From NCBI RefSeq assembly GCF_018350175.1, contig NC_058383.1, positions 10,728,001 to 10,792,000 of the forward strand: a stretch of DNA of 64,000 nt, read 5' to 3'. Under the pieces are notes generated by a model that ran no database searches, was not told the DNA's origin, and saw nothing but the letters and a program-made list of their open reading frames with translations. The DNA comes from Felis catus (taxonomy: Eukaryota). Made by a program: the position numbers and the translations under genes. This document shows, in pieces, positions 35,202 to 48,814 of this stretch; the stretch's first letter is position 1; every line of letters starts with the position of its first letter.

Positions 35202-38200
35202 ACCTCTGTGTGTTTTCTGTCTGTAGTTTTGCATTTTCCAGAACGGCACATAAATGCAGTCACACAGTATGCAGCCTGAGTCTGGCTTCTTAGACCCGGG
35301 CGTATTGGAATCTGCTTCCTTTTGGTTGCTGAGGGCCATGCCACGGTATGGATGTGCCACATGGCCCCACCCAGCCCTCGGTGTTTGCAGAGCCCTGCTT
35401 GGGACCACCCAGAGAAGAAGAGGGGTGCCTTTGCTCGTTTTCACAGGGGCACTGCCTGCACCCCCATCCCCTCCCCCATTGAGAGCCGGTCCTGAGCCAA
35501 GAAAGGTGCACACCTCTGTCCGCAGAGCCTAGAATTTCATCCTCCGTTTCTGGTGACTCACACAGCCAGCGAGCCCCCGATGAAATTACACCCTCCTGCG
35601 GCTGCCCTCTGCTGTGCAGGTGGGCTCCTGGGACAGCGATGCTCCTGGGGCTGGGACAGCTGGGGGGCGGGTGAGGGCCTGGAGGGCGGGGAGCTTTGTG
35701 TGCCCTGTGGTGTCTCACCCATCTCCGTGTGCCCTGCTCCCCCGGAGTCTGGGGGTCCCTGGCAGTGCCTCCCAGGTCTCCACTCCTGCAACTTTGGAGC
35801 CTGGGGTTGAACTTCTGTGTGTTCCTGAAACAAGGCCAGGGCTTGTCCTCTGCAGGGGGCGGGGGGGGCGGGGAGAGGAGGGTAGGGCAGGACAGTGAGG
35901 CTGGCGTTGCAGTCAGGAGCATGATTTAGGGTCCCTTGGGGGGGGGGCTGTGTGACCTCAGGCAAGTGACTTTTCATCTCTGTGCTTCGGATCGGTCGTC
36001 TGTAAATGGAAGGCCGGTGAGGGACTTAGCTGCGGTTACACCAGCCGGGGGGCCTCCACAGAGCCCTAGAGGGCATGGGGGCCGCTGGGAGTGGGGAGGA
36101 GGTGGGGATGTGCAGGCCTCTGGTTCCCTGGCCCCTTTTGAGCCAGAGTAGGGCCACTTGTATCCACGGTACCTGTTGGGGTATTCTAAGTAAAATCGTC
36201 TGCCAGAAGTTGGCCCTTCGTGGACAGCGGCTGTTCTGCACGTTCGTGCGGGCAGTCCTGAGGTTTCGATTGGTCACAGAAGCTTCTGGTCAGGCTGATT
36301 CCCGCTCTGCCTGCCTGCTGCATGTGCTTTGGAACACTGCACAGTCGCTGGGCCTCAGTTTGACCGTCTGAGAAAGGAGGCGGCAGTACCTGGGCGGGTC
36401 GTGGGTGGGCGTCGGGAACGGTGGTGTCTGAGTGCAGGGGGCCCAATGGGAGCTTTGTCGGCCTCCCGGGGTGTGCGGGCTCCTGAGGAAAGGGGGCTCC
36501 TTGGGGGCTGACACGGCCTGCCTGGGTGCCTCAAGAGATTTGAGGGGTTTTAACTTTGTTTTTTTGTAAACAAGTCGTTTGCTTTTCCTGATGAGCCCAG
36601 CTGCCCCGGCCCCCCTCCCCTCCTCCCTCCTCCCCCCTCCCTCCTCCCCCCTCCTCCTCCTCCAGCCCAGTCGCAAAGCCTGCACCCCTCAGTCTGACCC
36701 TGGAGCTGTACCTGGTGGGAAGTCAGGAAGGACTGTGCAGGCTAGGCCCATACAGAAGGGCCCTAGGGTGCTCCTGGGTGGCTCCCTGGAGCAGGCAGGA
36801 CCCCTGCCTGCCCACCCACCCAGCTCCAAGGTGGTCCTGGCGGGCTCCAGGGGGGCCTTAGGACTGGGCCAGTCTGGTGTCTCTCTCATGTTTATCCAGG
36901 AGCTGGTTTTTCAGGTGTGCCGGCTTTCAGCCGAGAGGCCCAGGTTGGGAGAGGTAGGGCCTTTGGGAAGGGGGGTGGTTGCCCCTCTTCCCCGTGCTCA
37001 CCCTGCCTTCCAGCTGGGGGTGCAGCCCTCTGGGCGGGGAAGGCTACCACATCGTCCCTGTGGTCCTGTTCCATTGTCCAAGGGAGAGATGCTCTTCCTT
37101 GCCCCGGTCAGAGGCCGGTGCCCCTCCTTGGAGCGCCTTTACCTGCCACGGGGCTTCCCTACTTCCCAGCAGGGTACCATGGAAACAGCAGGGCCTTTGA
37201 AGCCAGGCAGGCGTGGTGCAAGTCCCAGTTCTCACCACTGACCTGCTGTGTGGCGTCAGGCAAGTGCCTTTACCTCTCTGAGCCTCATCTGAACCACTGA
37301 GGCTGCTTGTTCCTACACTGCGGTGTTCTTGGGAGGACAAGCGCGTTCGTTCGGGTGGGGACTGGGAGCCCCAGTGGTGCCCAGAGAGGAACCGGATGCC
37401 ATCATTTCCTGCTTTGCTCTTACCGCCTCTGCTCATGGAGCATGGGGTGTGCCATGCCTCAGTTTCTGTTTCTGCAAGCTGGGAAAACCCCAGGGGTAGA
37501 GCTGGTTAGTCCCCTGGGGCTGGGGCTACCCGGGGGCAGTGGCCCTGTGGTTGGTTTGGGGAGAGCCGTCTTTTCCCAATGGGATATGCCTGAGGGCAGC
37601 CTGCAGGAGGTGACTTCTCACTGGCCCCTGGAGGATGGGTGGGGTGTAGACCCAGGAGTAGTCTGGGGTGGACATTTCGAGGAGGGGGGTGACAACCTAA
37701 GGGTCCAGAGACAGGAATGACGACGCGTGTGGCCAAGTGAGCATTTTGCTGCAGAGGCGGCGAGGTGTTGGGTCCTGGCAAAGACCTTCATCTGATCGCC
37801 TCCCTCCCTGACTAGGCATGGCCAGGCCCCACCTGTTTCCGTGCCAGCACAGTGAGCTTCCCTCGGTTTCTAGAACATACCGTGCTCCTGCCTTGCTTCC
37901 CTGTGTGGTGTTGCTTCTCCCTGGAACGTATTTAATGCTCCCTGTCCGTTTCACTGGGCCGATTCTTACTTGCAGGGCTCAGCTTGGATGCCACGTGTCT
38001 CTGGAAGCCTTCCCTGTGCCCCCTTCCGAGCCCGCGTTAGGTGCCCCTCCTCTGTGTTCCGACAGCCCCTGAGGGTTCCAGCTGCCCTTGACCTGGCCTG
38101 TTACCTTCCGACGGGTCCAGGCCTTGGCGCCTCATCCCTCCACATCCCCGCCCCCGGCACCCTGCCTGGCCCAGAGCGAGTGTCCAGTGTAAACTTGTTA

Positions 38201-38888
38201 AGTGAGTTAGAAGCAAGCGAGGTGTCGGGCCACTAGGGGTGGGGACTTGGAAGGTCAAGGGCCTTCTCTGCCTTCGGATACTGATTCTCACCGGCTCACC
38301 CCCCCTTCCCCCCCGTTTCTGGCCTGGCTGTGACTCTCAGGGGCATCTGGAGGGGGGTGGTGGCGGGGCCCTGTGTCTCCCCGGGCCGGGTGTAGACTGG
38401 TTTGGGGGGGTTTCCCCTCTGTGAAGGGCAGCTGGTGTGTGTATGGAGAGAGCACAAGTGTGGCGCGTCAGAACAGTTAATCCCCTGGGCTATTTAGACA
38501 CACACGCTTGTGCGCGTGTGTGCGTGTGTGCGCTCACACACGTATGTGTGGCATTCTGGGGGGCCGCCGGTGGGGACTGTGTTGGATAACTTGGCATTTA
38601 GCCGAATCCCGACCACCAGCCTGGCCCCAGGGCTGCTCAGGGTACAGAGCCCCTGTAGGCCCGGCAGGTGGCCATGGGGGACGAGTCTGTCGGTTAGGAG
38701 TGCGTTTGACTCCAGGTAATAGAAAGACTGAACTTTAATGGCTTCGACAAGGGCTTTTATTCCTCCCAAGAAAAAAAGCCGTGGGTAGGCGGTCAGAGGC
38801 TGGGATGGGGGCTCAGTGATGCCTTCAGGGGCTCGGTTCTTTCCTCCTTAGCTTGTTAGATTAAGTTCTTTTAAAAATTACTTTCCTT

Positions 38889-39095
38889 AGGGGCGCTTGG
38901 GTGGCTCAGTCGGTTGGGCATCCAACTTCGGCTCAGGTCATGATCTCACAGTTCATGGGTTCGAGTCCTGCTCGGGCTCTGTGCTGACAGCTCAGGGCCT
39001 GGAGCCTGCTTCCGATTCTGTGTCTCCCTCTCTCTCTGCCCCTTCCTTGCTCACGCTCTGCCTCTCAAAAATAAAGAAACATTAAAAAAATATAT
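38889..39095 (+). mobile_element. Can-SINE
   Basis: Full head to tail. Confidence 0.92.
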
Positions 39096-39099
39096 TTTC

Positions 39100-39895
39100 T
39101 TCGAAGCATACGCTGAAGTATGATTTCATACATTCACAGAGCTGTGCAGTCAAATTTCTGAGCATTTCATCCCCTCAAAAAGAAATCCCAACCCGTTACA
39201 TCGTCAGCCCTCTGCTCCCTCCACCCCCCACCCCTGGCAACCACTGGTTCGCTTTCTGTCCCTGCATGGACGTTTCATGTCAGTGGAACCCTCTAACATG
39301 TGGCCTTTGTGTCTGGCTTCTTAAGCTCAGCATCGCGTTTTCGAGGTTTATCCGAGTTGGGGCAGGTGTCACAGCGCCTCTCCTTTTAACGGCCAAGTAA
39401 TATTCCGCTGTGTGGACGGGCCACCTTTTGCCTATCCATTCATCAGTTGATGGATGCTTGGGTCATTTCCACTTTTCGGCTGTTGTGAGCACTTGTGCAC
39501 AGATTTTTGTGTGCACTATGCTGTCTGTTCTATTGGCTGAACACCTGGGAATGGAATTGCTGGGTCATAGTGGCGGTTCTGCGTTTCACATCCTGAGGAA
39601 CTGCGTGACGGCGGCACCATTTTATGTTCCCACCGGCAATGTGTGAGGGTGCCAGTTTTTCCGCATCCTTGCCCACACTTGGTGTCGTCTTTTTGATCAT
39701 AGCCATCCTAGTAAGGGTGAAGGGCTATCTCATGTGAATTTTTTTTTCTAATGTTTTTGTTTATTGGGAAGGAGGGGCAGAGAGAGAAAGGGAGACAGAG
39801 GATCCGATGTGGCCTCCACGCTGACAGCCGCGAGCCCTTGACCAACAAGATCATGACCTGAGCCAGAGTCGGACGCTTAACTAACTGAGCTGTGA
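39100..39895 (-). mobile_element. L1MB-like 3' region with a minus-strand Can-SINE at ~39740-39890
   Basis: tatccattcatcagttgatggatgcttgggtcatttccacttttcggct...ggaattgctgggtcata...atagccatcctagt is classic antisense L1 3' sequence. Confidence 0.8.
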
Positions 39896-40539
39896 TTTTG
39901 TGTGATTTTGATTCAGCTTGTTGGATTTTGTCTTCACGCTTATGCATCGTGGTCACAGAATGGCTGCATACCCTCCAGTCCTCACACCCACGGTCCAGAT
40001 GGAGACAAGGAGTTAGGGCAGAATGCTTCTACTCTCAAAGGCTTGCCTTCATACACGCTCTCCTCAGGAGCTTTTGTTTTGCACAGATGGGACTTTGGGC
40101 CTCTGATGCCCCCTTGCTGTAAGGGACTGGGAAGAAAGAGGCATGCCTATTGGGGAGGAAGGGGGTCGGGAATGCTTTGGGCAGGCTTTGCCCCTCGTCG
40201 CCCAGACTGGTGTGGACATCTTCATTTCTCCAGGAGCACGAATGGGGGTGGGAGCCCCCCAGTAGGTAGGGTGGGGACTTTGATCATGGGTGTGTGGCTG
40301 TTCTACAGACCAGAGTTACCACTGCCCATCTGGGGCCTTAGGGGACCCCACTTTGTCAGTCACCTGCCAGACTTTTGTGACTCTCTATCCAGAGACCTCC
40401 TTTCTACTCAACCCAGGAGGCCTGTAGCCCAGGGCTCACTAGGTCCTGCCTCAGGTCCTGTGCCCCTCTGTGCCCCGCAACCCAGAACAAGCCATGGGAC
40501 GTCTTGCCTTTACAACTGGCTGGGGCTAGAGCTCAGACA

Positions 40540-41350
40540 CATGTGGCTGGTGGGAGTATAAAGCCGCATGGCCATTTTTGGAAAACAGTTTGGCAGTTAT
40601 TTATTTATCATTTTTATGACATATAATTGCATCATAAAATTCACCATTTCAAAGTATTCTACCCAGTGGTTTTTAGTATAGTCACAAGGTTGTGCAACTG
40701 TTACCACTATCTAATTCCAGAAGAATTTTTATCACCCCCCCCCAAAAGAAACCCCACATCTATTAGCAGTCTCTCCCCATTCCCCCCCACCCCCCACTCC
40801 CTAGCAACCACTAATGGTATCTCTGTGGATTTGGGGCATCTTTTTATACAGTTGAACACGGGCTTGCCGTATGACCTGGTAATTCTGTTCCTCAGTATTT
40901 GCCCAAGGGAAATGAAAACTTGGGTTTACATAGGAACCTGAAGAAGAGAAATATCTCAAGTGGCTGTATTCGTAATTGCCCCACACTGGAAACATCTCGG
41001 TGTCCAACCGGTGCGTGGATAAGCAAACCCGGGTAGGTTCATACCGAGGAAGACTGGTCAGTGCCGAGAACAACCAAACCCTTGATCCGGACAGCAGGGG
41101 TGAATCGCAGGAGCGTCGGCCTGGGTGAAAGGTGGCAGACTCGGGAAGTCGTGTCCCGTTGCATTTCTGGGACAGGTTGAAAGAGGCGCAACTATAGGGA
41201 CGGAGCAGATCCGGAGTTGCGTGGGGGCGGGTTGACTTGGGGTGCTGATAGGACTGCCCTGTGCCTTGATTGTGGTGGAGGAAACAGCAGTATGCATTTG
41301 TAAAAACTCCTAGCAACAGTACGCGGAAAAGCGTGACTTTCACCGTGTGT
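40540..41350. mobile_element. Sense L1M fragment interrupted by an antisense L1 3' end (~40600-40830)
   Basis: ggtgggagtataaa...ttggaaaacagtttggcagtt resumes at gttgaacacgggcttgccgtatgacctggtaattctgttcctcagtatttgccca. Confidence 0.7.
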
Positions 41351-42723
41351 GTTACCCTTCAGTTTCCGGAAACCATCCTGAGCCGGGGACTGGCCTTTCC
41401 GGATTAACCCCATGTAGGGTTAGCCATTCCATTTGTTTTAGTTGGTGGCAGTCCTCCTTATGCATGTAGCCGTTGAGTTTGAGTCTTTCAGGATGACTCA
41501 TGTGACTTATGCCTAGGGCTGGGGCCGAGGGCTGCCCTGGCACCCCCTCCTGTCACCTTCCTCGGGCACCCCCTTCTGCCTCTGCTGTTCCTGACCTTCC
41601 TGGATGGGGTACGCCGTGTGCTTTTGGTCCGTGAACACTTAGAGCCGGAAGGGACGTCAGAATATGTTGACCTCCTTTCCTTTTCAGATGGGGAAACTGA
41701 GGCCAGGGCTGGGAAGGCACTTGGCTGATTCCAGAGTGGTAAGACTCAAGATCCCAAACCTCATCTCGAGACTCTTGGGCCAGGGCTCCTTGCAACAACC
41801 CCCCCCCCCCCCCCCCACCGCAGTGCCCCGGAGCCTCCCTTGTCTGGCTGGTCTGGCGAAACAGCGGGAGGTTTTGGAGCAGACCCAGGTGGAAGGCGAG
41901 GCGGGGGGTGGGGGTGGGGGTGTCAGTGTAAGGAAGTGGGAGTGGTCAGGGCCTCTAAGACACCCTAAACGAGGGGAGAAGAGGGTCCACGACGGCACAG
42001 GGTGGCTGCACCTTGTGCTCGCAGGCTGGAGGTGCGACGTGGTTGATTGTGGTAAAGCGTGGGAGTGGCTGGTGGCCCCTGGGGAGAGGCACGAGAGCAT
42101 GGCACTGGCTTCTGTCCTGGAAACCCATGACATCGGGTCACCCTGAAGCCCCATTATGTGTGCAGGTGAATCCCAGCAGGCGTGGTCTGCAGTGTGGGGC
42201 TGACAGCCTGGAAGCACCTCCTCAAGGAGAGACCCCAGGAGACCCTGACCGGGAGCGGGTGGGATATCTTGGGTGGCGACCCTCTTCGTGCAGACGGGTG
42301 GACCCAGTCTCAGTGATGCAGGCCCTGGGTTTATCCTGGCATTGATGTGGAGCCACTGACATGTGGGCCGTGTCTACCCCGGAGGCTTGGGAGGTCTGCA
42401 ATCCCCTGGGAGGGTGTGGGTGTGGGCGGGGAGGGCCGGCACCGGGCTGGAGCTGGCTCACGTCCAGTTTCCTGCCACCCGCCTCAGGGAGCCAGTTCAG
42501 AGCTGTGTCAGCCCCCCAAGGAGCGTTCTCAGGCTGCAGGCCTTAGAAGGCTAGCGGGTGCCCTGGACGCGGGTATGAGGATGCCAGGAGTAAGGCCTGG
42601 GAGCCCCCCTCCCCTCCGACTTGCATCCCTGCGGGGACACGGCTTTGGAAGCGGAGTGACTTTCTCATCCCAGGCTTCAGAAGGGGTTCCTTCTGGGCCA
42701 GGAAGCCAGTGACTCCTTGCTCC

Positions 42724-42756
<33 letters not shown>

Positions 42757-45700
42757 GCGGGGGGGGGGCTCTGTGTCTGCTGCTGTGGCAGACCAGGCAA
42801 CCCCGAGTCTGAGGTCTGTGTGGAGGGCAGGTGGTCCCTGGCATTCTGCTGTGCTGTCTCTCCCCCCACCATCCCAGAAGGCCTGTGATCTTGGCATCAT
42901 GGGACCCTTTCCTGGGCCCTCTGCCCTATTTTTGGCTCCAAAAATGATGTCTCCATACCTCGAGGTCCTTTCTGGTTTTCAGGAGCCACACTGCCTCCAG
43001 GAAGCCTTTCTTGGGCCTCACCGCGACCCCAGACAGGAAGCCTGGCCCCTGTCCTGAAGTCTCTCACCCTCTGGGGGAGGCAAAGAAGGAGAGCCCTTCT
43101 GCAAATATCTGTGCGCCAGTCGCTGGGCAGTGAGCGTGCCGGGAGCTGCTTGGGGGACATTGTCAGGGACCGGGTGCCTGTTTGCTCCTTCTAGTAGACT
43201 TTGCTTTGAAGCTGGCCCCTGACTCTTCTGGCTGTGTGACCTTGGGCAAGTTACTCAGCCTTTCTGAGCATCCAGGTCTGCATCTGTCCAACGGGAGGGA
43301 TACCATTGTGCTCTAGGGTTGCTGCAGGACATTAAAAGGATACGACCAGCACAGCACTGGGCAGTCATGTGGCTGCCGATGGTGATGATGGCCGTAATGT
43401 GACATGGGGTTTAGCTAGGCCCAAGGCCAAGGTAGGGTTTGGATAGAAAGACTCTGTTGGGTCTTGCTTTCACCTCCCACCACTGCTCTGTGAGGGAGGA
43501 AGAGGCGGGGTGCTGTGGATGTGTGCCTTTATTGGAGGCAGAGACTGAGGTCCAGAGAGGGAAGCAAGTTGGCCAGCATCACCCAGCCGCTGGGTTGGCA
43601 GAGCCTTGTCTAGACCCAGACCTCACGAGGACAGGCCCTGTGCACACTCCCGAGACTCGGGCTCTGTCACCGGTCGTTGGGCCCTTAGGGAGGGGATGCT
43701 GTGGGCCTGGGCTGGGCTCCTCCAGGTTCTCCCGTCCCCGGGGCTGGGAGAGGAGGGCAGGCAGGCAGGGGTCACTCTGTGGAGTCACACTACCTGGCCA
43801 GAGCTTCAGGTGGGCCTGGGTTGTCCCTGGTGGATGGAGGTGGCCAGACACTCCTCGCCCAAGTGAGGGAGCGGTGAGCAGGACTGCAGTGAATGTTTTC
43901 ACATGAGATGTGTGTGCTTTGCAGGAACAGAGCACGGATGTGCCCATGGAGTCCTGGCTCCCCCACGGTTCTTGTGTAATCATAGGAATGTCACCTACAC
44001 GTTGTGCATCCGTTGTCCAGCGTGGGATGGGTGATGGTCCCTGTCCTGTCCTGCCTCTCTCCTGGGGCGCTGGGGGATCACACGTGATGCAGCGTGAAAG
44101 CTGTAACGGGGTGGGGGGCTTTGCTGCACCTGCGTGTTTGTGCCTGTGACCCTCCAGCCACAAAATAAAGTGTGTCATCCCCCAGGGGCCAGGTCATTAA
44201 GTAGGATGCCCCCAGGACAGACTGTGTGGGCCTGAGTAGGAGGAATGACTGGGGCAGGGTGCCGTCGCATTGCGACGTGCATGCGCAGACAGCAAGCAGG
44301 CCTGGAGCCGCGGCAGGTGTGATCTGACAGATACCTGATGAACGGACATCTGAACCTCCTCTTTTGTGTGTGGTCACCATTTATAACTTACAGCTTCTGT
44401 TTCCCCACCTGGGCGCTCCAGGCACAGGGACCGGGCCTGATTTACCCCCAGTTCTGGGTCTGTGGTGTATAGGTGCAGTGGGATTACCCTGCGCTGGGTT
44501 TGTGCCCCACGCATTCAGCAGATGGGTGTGACGCCCACAGGGGTGCGTGGGCCCAGGGCTGGGATGGGGGAGCCCCTGGAATGGGGGGTGCAGGAGGAAA
44601 GGGTCCTGCAGGAAGTGGCCTTGGGATATAAAAGGGCGGGCACAAGAGGTGCGGGGTTGGGGGCAGGGTGGCCGTGATCACTGCCCTGGTGTGGATCGGG
44701 GCAGGTGTGGAGGCCACACTCCAGGCGAGGGGGCGTGGTGGTCTTTCCGCGTGGGGCGGAGGGCAAGAAGGTCCTCGGAGAACTTTGCGCCTGAGTTCCC
44801 CATTTCCATAGGAGCAGTTAAGGCCCCCTTTGGGGTGGTGTCTGGAGTTAGAAGCCAGGTCTCCCCATCCCCAGCCTGCAGCTGGGCGTGGCCTTACCTG
44901 GGACCTCCCCCACCGCGGACCGGGTCACGTGGTATAGCGGGGAGGACTGGGGGGGCGGGGGGAGCTGGCGGCTCAGGAGGGCTGGCTGGGGTGGGAGCCC
45001 GTGAGCCAGAGCCCCGGCGTTAGATCACCCACCGTGATTAGCTTTTTTCCGCCCAGCCTTTTCCCGACAAGAAAGGGCCTGATGCGCCTCATCCATGTTG
45101 CTCATCCTTCTGAGAAGGCCTGTTTACGTCTGGCAAGGGGGCTCTCGGGAGACATGATCGCCCCAGGGGCTGGCACTGCCGCGGCGCTGGCTTCTTCCCA
45201 CCGTCTCCTGACACCCGGCCTTGACGCGCTGCAGATGCTTAAGAACCCACACACGCGTACGTCCCCGGCCCGCATGCGCTGACCTGCCGGGGTCACCCAG
45301 AACCAGGGGACAGGGTGCCGGGGTCACCTGACGGCCGGCTGAGCGCCCCCTCCTGGAGGCGGGAACAGAAGCGACAGTGTGCTGCCTGTCTGGAAACGTG
45401 CAAGAGCTAACCCAGAGTTGATGGGACGCAGTGATGTCAGCGTCAGTGCTCCCGTGTCTTTGATGAGCGCCTGTGATCTCCGGCCCTGTGCCAGTCACTC
45501 GTCTCACGTCAGCTGCGCCCTCCTCAAAATGCTGAGAGCAGCAGAATCGGTGGCTCGGGTTTACTCACGAGGAAACTGTGGCCTGGCATCCGCCTCCATG
45601 GACATCACAGGCCGGTGGGAGCTGGGTGGGGAACTCAAGCCCTGCTTGGGTTGAACCTGCCCGCTCCCCGCCGTTTCTCCCCGCTCCTGGCGCGCCGAGG

Positions 45701-46179
45701 GGTCAGCCTGGTGCCGACAGGGCAGCCGGGGTCCCATGTGGGGAGGCTGGAAGGCAAGGATGGTCCGGTTTGGCTAAGCTTCATATTGTGGTTCCCCCTC
45801 TGGATTGTCCACCAAGCAAGTATGCGTGGTTCTGGGGCACAGCCACGAACAAAACAAAATTCCTGCCCCTGCGTGCACACCTCCCTGGGCCGGCTTGTGG
45901 TTCCCCTCCCCGGTCCTGCACACACTGCCCCAACCAATGGAACGTAGCAGCCACGGGGCAGGGGCCCTTCATCTTCCTAGACCAACAGAGGGCCGGGGAG
46001 GAGAGGCTCCTGGCTCAGGTGCTGAGATCCATCTGGAAGGACCTGGGAGTGTGTCCATCCAACCCCCTTGTTCCGGTTTTCCCATCCTAGACCACGAAGC
46101 CCTTTGTAGCCCTCTGCACTCACTCCCCTGCCCACCCCAGGGTGCCATCCCAGCCCTTGTGCTCCTGTAGGTCCCTCGA

Positions 46180-46800
46180 TAGCCCTCCGGACCTGTAATT
46201 TCCCACCCTTCTCCCTCCCCTGATTCTTCGACTCTCCCTCGTCCTCAGTTTTCCTCTGACTTCTCCCACCACGTTGGCCCCTGGGGCCTTTGCTGCTCCT
46301 GAATCTCTCAGATCTTGCCCCATTAGCCCAGAGCCCCCCACCTAGCCCCCAGCCCCTGATTGGTTACAGGTGGCCCTCTTGACTGGAGGTTCCGCCTCTT
46401 GGTCCCCCCCGCCGTTTTGTTCCTCGCTGAGCTGAGGGCACCATCATCCTCTCCATCATCAGAATCAGAAACCCGGGCATCACTCCCAGTGCCGCCTCCT
46501 CGGATTCCCCCGTCCACACTGTCACAGATCTCCACCCTTTCCTTGGTCCCAGCCACCCTGTCCTCCATCCTGCTGCTACCCTCGACCTCAGGCCTGGCCG
46601 TCTCTGGCTTGGACCATTGCAGAAGCTTGGTGACTGCTGGCTTCCCGGCTCTGGATCTGTATCTGCCAAATACTGCCAGGTTCCCCGCATCTAACCACAT
46701 CCTGCCCCTGCTCCAAACTCTTCAGTGGTTCCTGGCCTCTGAATGATGACCTTGCAAGGTCCTTGACCCAGTCCCCATGGCTGAGCCTGGCTCTTCGCCC
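46180..46800. mobile_element. L2-like LINE relic
   Basis: ctccatcctgctgctacc...tggaccattgcagaagc...ccctgctccaaactcttcagtggttcc resembles L2. Similar relics at ~32090-32600 and ~37780-38210. Confidence 0.55.
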
Positions 46801-47187
46801 ACTGCTTCCTGCCCTGACCTGGATGATCCAGCCAGGCAGAGCCGGCCCCTCCCCACCCGCCACCCTGCTCCGGCCCAACCGAGACACGAGACACGTGGGC
46901 GGCCGGGCTGGTGGTTGGGTTTCCCAGACAGCCAGTGATTTGGCACTCCTTCAAACGGGTCTTGCCATATTTGCTCGGCATTTGTTTCCAGGGAGGTGGG
47001 TGGGGTGGGGGGCAGGATGGTCATCCCCCTGCAGATGAGCAGTGCTTGGCACGGTTCCCCTGGCTCTGTCCCTGCCCTGCAAGCTCTCGCTGCCCCGCGG
47101 CCTGACATTCCACTCATGTCACCTCTTCCAGGGAGCCCCCCCGCTGACTTCCCCACCCACTAGCCCATGCTACTTACATGTCACGTA

Positions 47188-47766
47188 TTTTTACCTGTTT
47201 TTGTTTGTCTGTTTTAGTGTTTGCTTATTTTTGAGAGAGAGAGAGAGCATGAGTGGGGAAGGGGCAGGAGAGAGAGAGAAAAGGGAGACAGAATCCGAAG
47301 CAGGCTCCAGGCTCTGAGCTGTCAGCACAGAGCCTGACTTGGGGCTCGAACTTTAGAACGGCGAGATAATGACCTCAGCCAAAGTTGAACGCTTACCCGA
47401 CGAGACACCCAGGCGCCCCACTTACTTTTATCTTTAACTGAAGCATAACTTACAGTAAAAATGCGTAAATCTTCAGCGTCTAGCATGATAGGTTTTTACC
47501 TGTGTATACACCTAGGTAACCACCACTCAAATCAAAATGTATCACTGTGTTTTTATTTTTTATGTTTTTAAATGTTTCATTTTAAACGTTTATTTTGAGA
47601 GAGAGAGAGAGAGAGAGAGCACGCGCGCCTACGAGTAGGGGAGGGGCAGAGAGAGAGGGAGAGAGAGCGCACAGAGCCCGATTTGGGGCTCAAACCCACA
47701 AACTGCAAGATCATGACCTGAGCCGAAATCAAGAGCCAGACGCTTAACAGACCACCCAGGCGCCCC
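47188..47766 (-). mobile_element. Two Can-SINEs (47188-47419, 47550-47766) with a short L1 end between them
   Basis: T tails, GA tracts, reverse heads; the second has TSD TGTATCAC(T/C)(G/A)TGTTTT. Confidence 0.88.
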
Positions 47767-48778
47767 TGTATCACCATGTTTTAACCTTTTTTTTTTTTTT
47801 CCCTTAATAGCCCATTTTATTGTCTGTGTCCTATCTACCCCCAGCCTGGGACGCTCCCACGGGCGGGAGCACCTGCTGTGTGGGTCCCATGCCGTGCAGA
47901 ATGAAATGTGTTGGTGATATGCACGGTGGCCACATCCCACCGGTGTGACCATGACTGGGGGATGTGGCATGGGCTGGGGCCGGGGGTATTGGTGTGTTTT
48001 GAGCCTGGCCAGGGGCTCCCCTGCAAGGTCAGATGCCCCATCCTCTGGTGGGAGAGGGGCTGGACCCCTTCCCGGCCAAGGGCCTCTGCAGGGAGCAGGG
48101 GCCCTGCCCGGAGAGGCCCCTGGGGGCTGGCAGCCTGGAGATTAGTCTCCAAGGCCACGACGCCAGTTGCCATAGGCACGCAGGCCCGAGTCAGGATTGC
48201 CATTTCTCATCCTAGTCACGCAGGCGGCGGCTGCCCCTGCCCGCCCGCCAGGAGCCGGGAGCCAGGCTTTAAATAACGGGGCGGAAACCTGATCCCGGAG
48301 AGTCTGCCCACCAGAGCCCAGCCTCCCCTCCTGGCGAGGCAGGCGCGGGGCGACCCGGCCACCCTGTACCGCCAGCAGCACCCTCCCTTCTGTGGGGCGG
48401 CAGAGAAAGGACAAAACCTGAGTTTGAGGGTTTTCTTCGTGGTCGTAGTGCCCGGTACACAGGCATGGCCCTGACCTGGTCCTGGGGAGCCCCGGCATAA
48501 AGCCGTACCTTCTGGAACCCTTGGGCTCAGAGGAGACGGGCTTCCCAGGGCCAGGCCGCAGACCTGCCCCTTCCCCCAGCTCCTCCTCGGCAGAGAAGGC
48601 AGGAGGCCTCCCTCGATTTCCAGGAAAGCAGCCCAAGGCCTCTGCTTCCCTGCGGCTGCCCTTTGCCCGTGGCCTGGGCCTGCTTTCCTGTCCTGGGGGC
48701 GGGGCGGCTGGAAGGAGGAAGGTTTCTGTTCTTTCTTTCCAAATCGCACCATGACAGCTCCTCAGCTCAGATACTGTA

Positions 48779-48814
<36 letters not shown>

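Noticed and set aside
34777..35513. ORFs rich in ER/KE or SL/FL repeats
   Set aside because: They are translations of the (TTTC)n/(TC)n microsatellite.
41799..41817. Long G or C homopolymers (also ~11678, 53058, 53416, 61907)
   Set aside because: No consistent context; likely slippage in GC-rich DNA, and homopolymer lengths are unreliable in assemblies.
44627..44640. Canonical TATAAAAG followed by GGGCGG in intron 1
   Set aside because: An isolated motif with no CpG island or supportable downstream exon; expected by chance in 64 kb.
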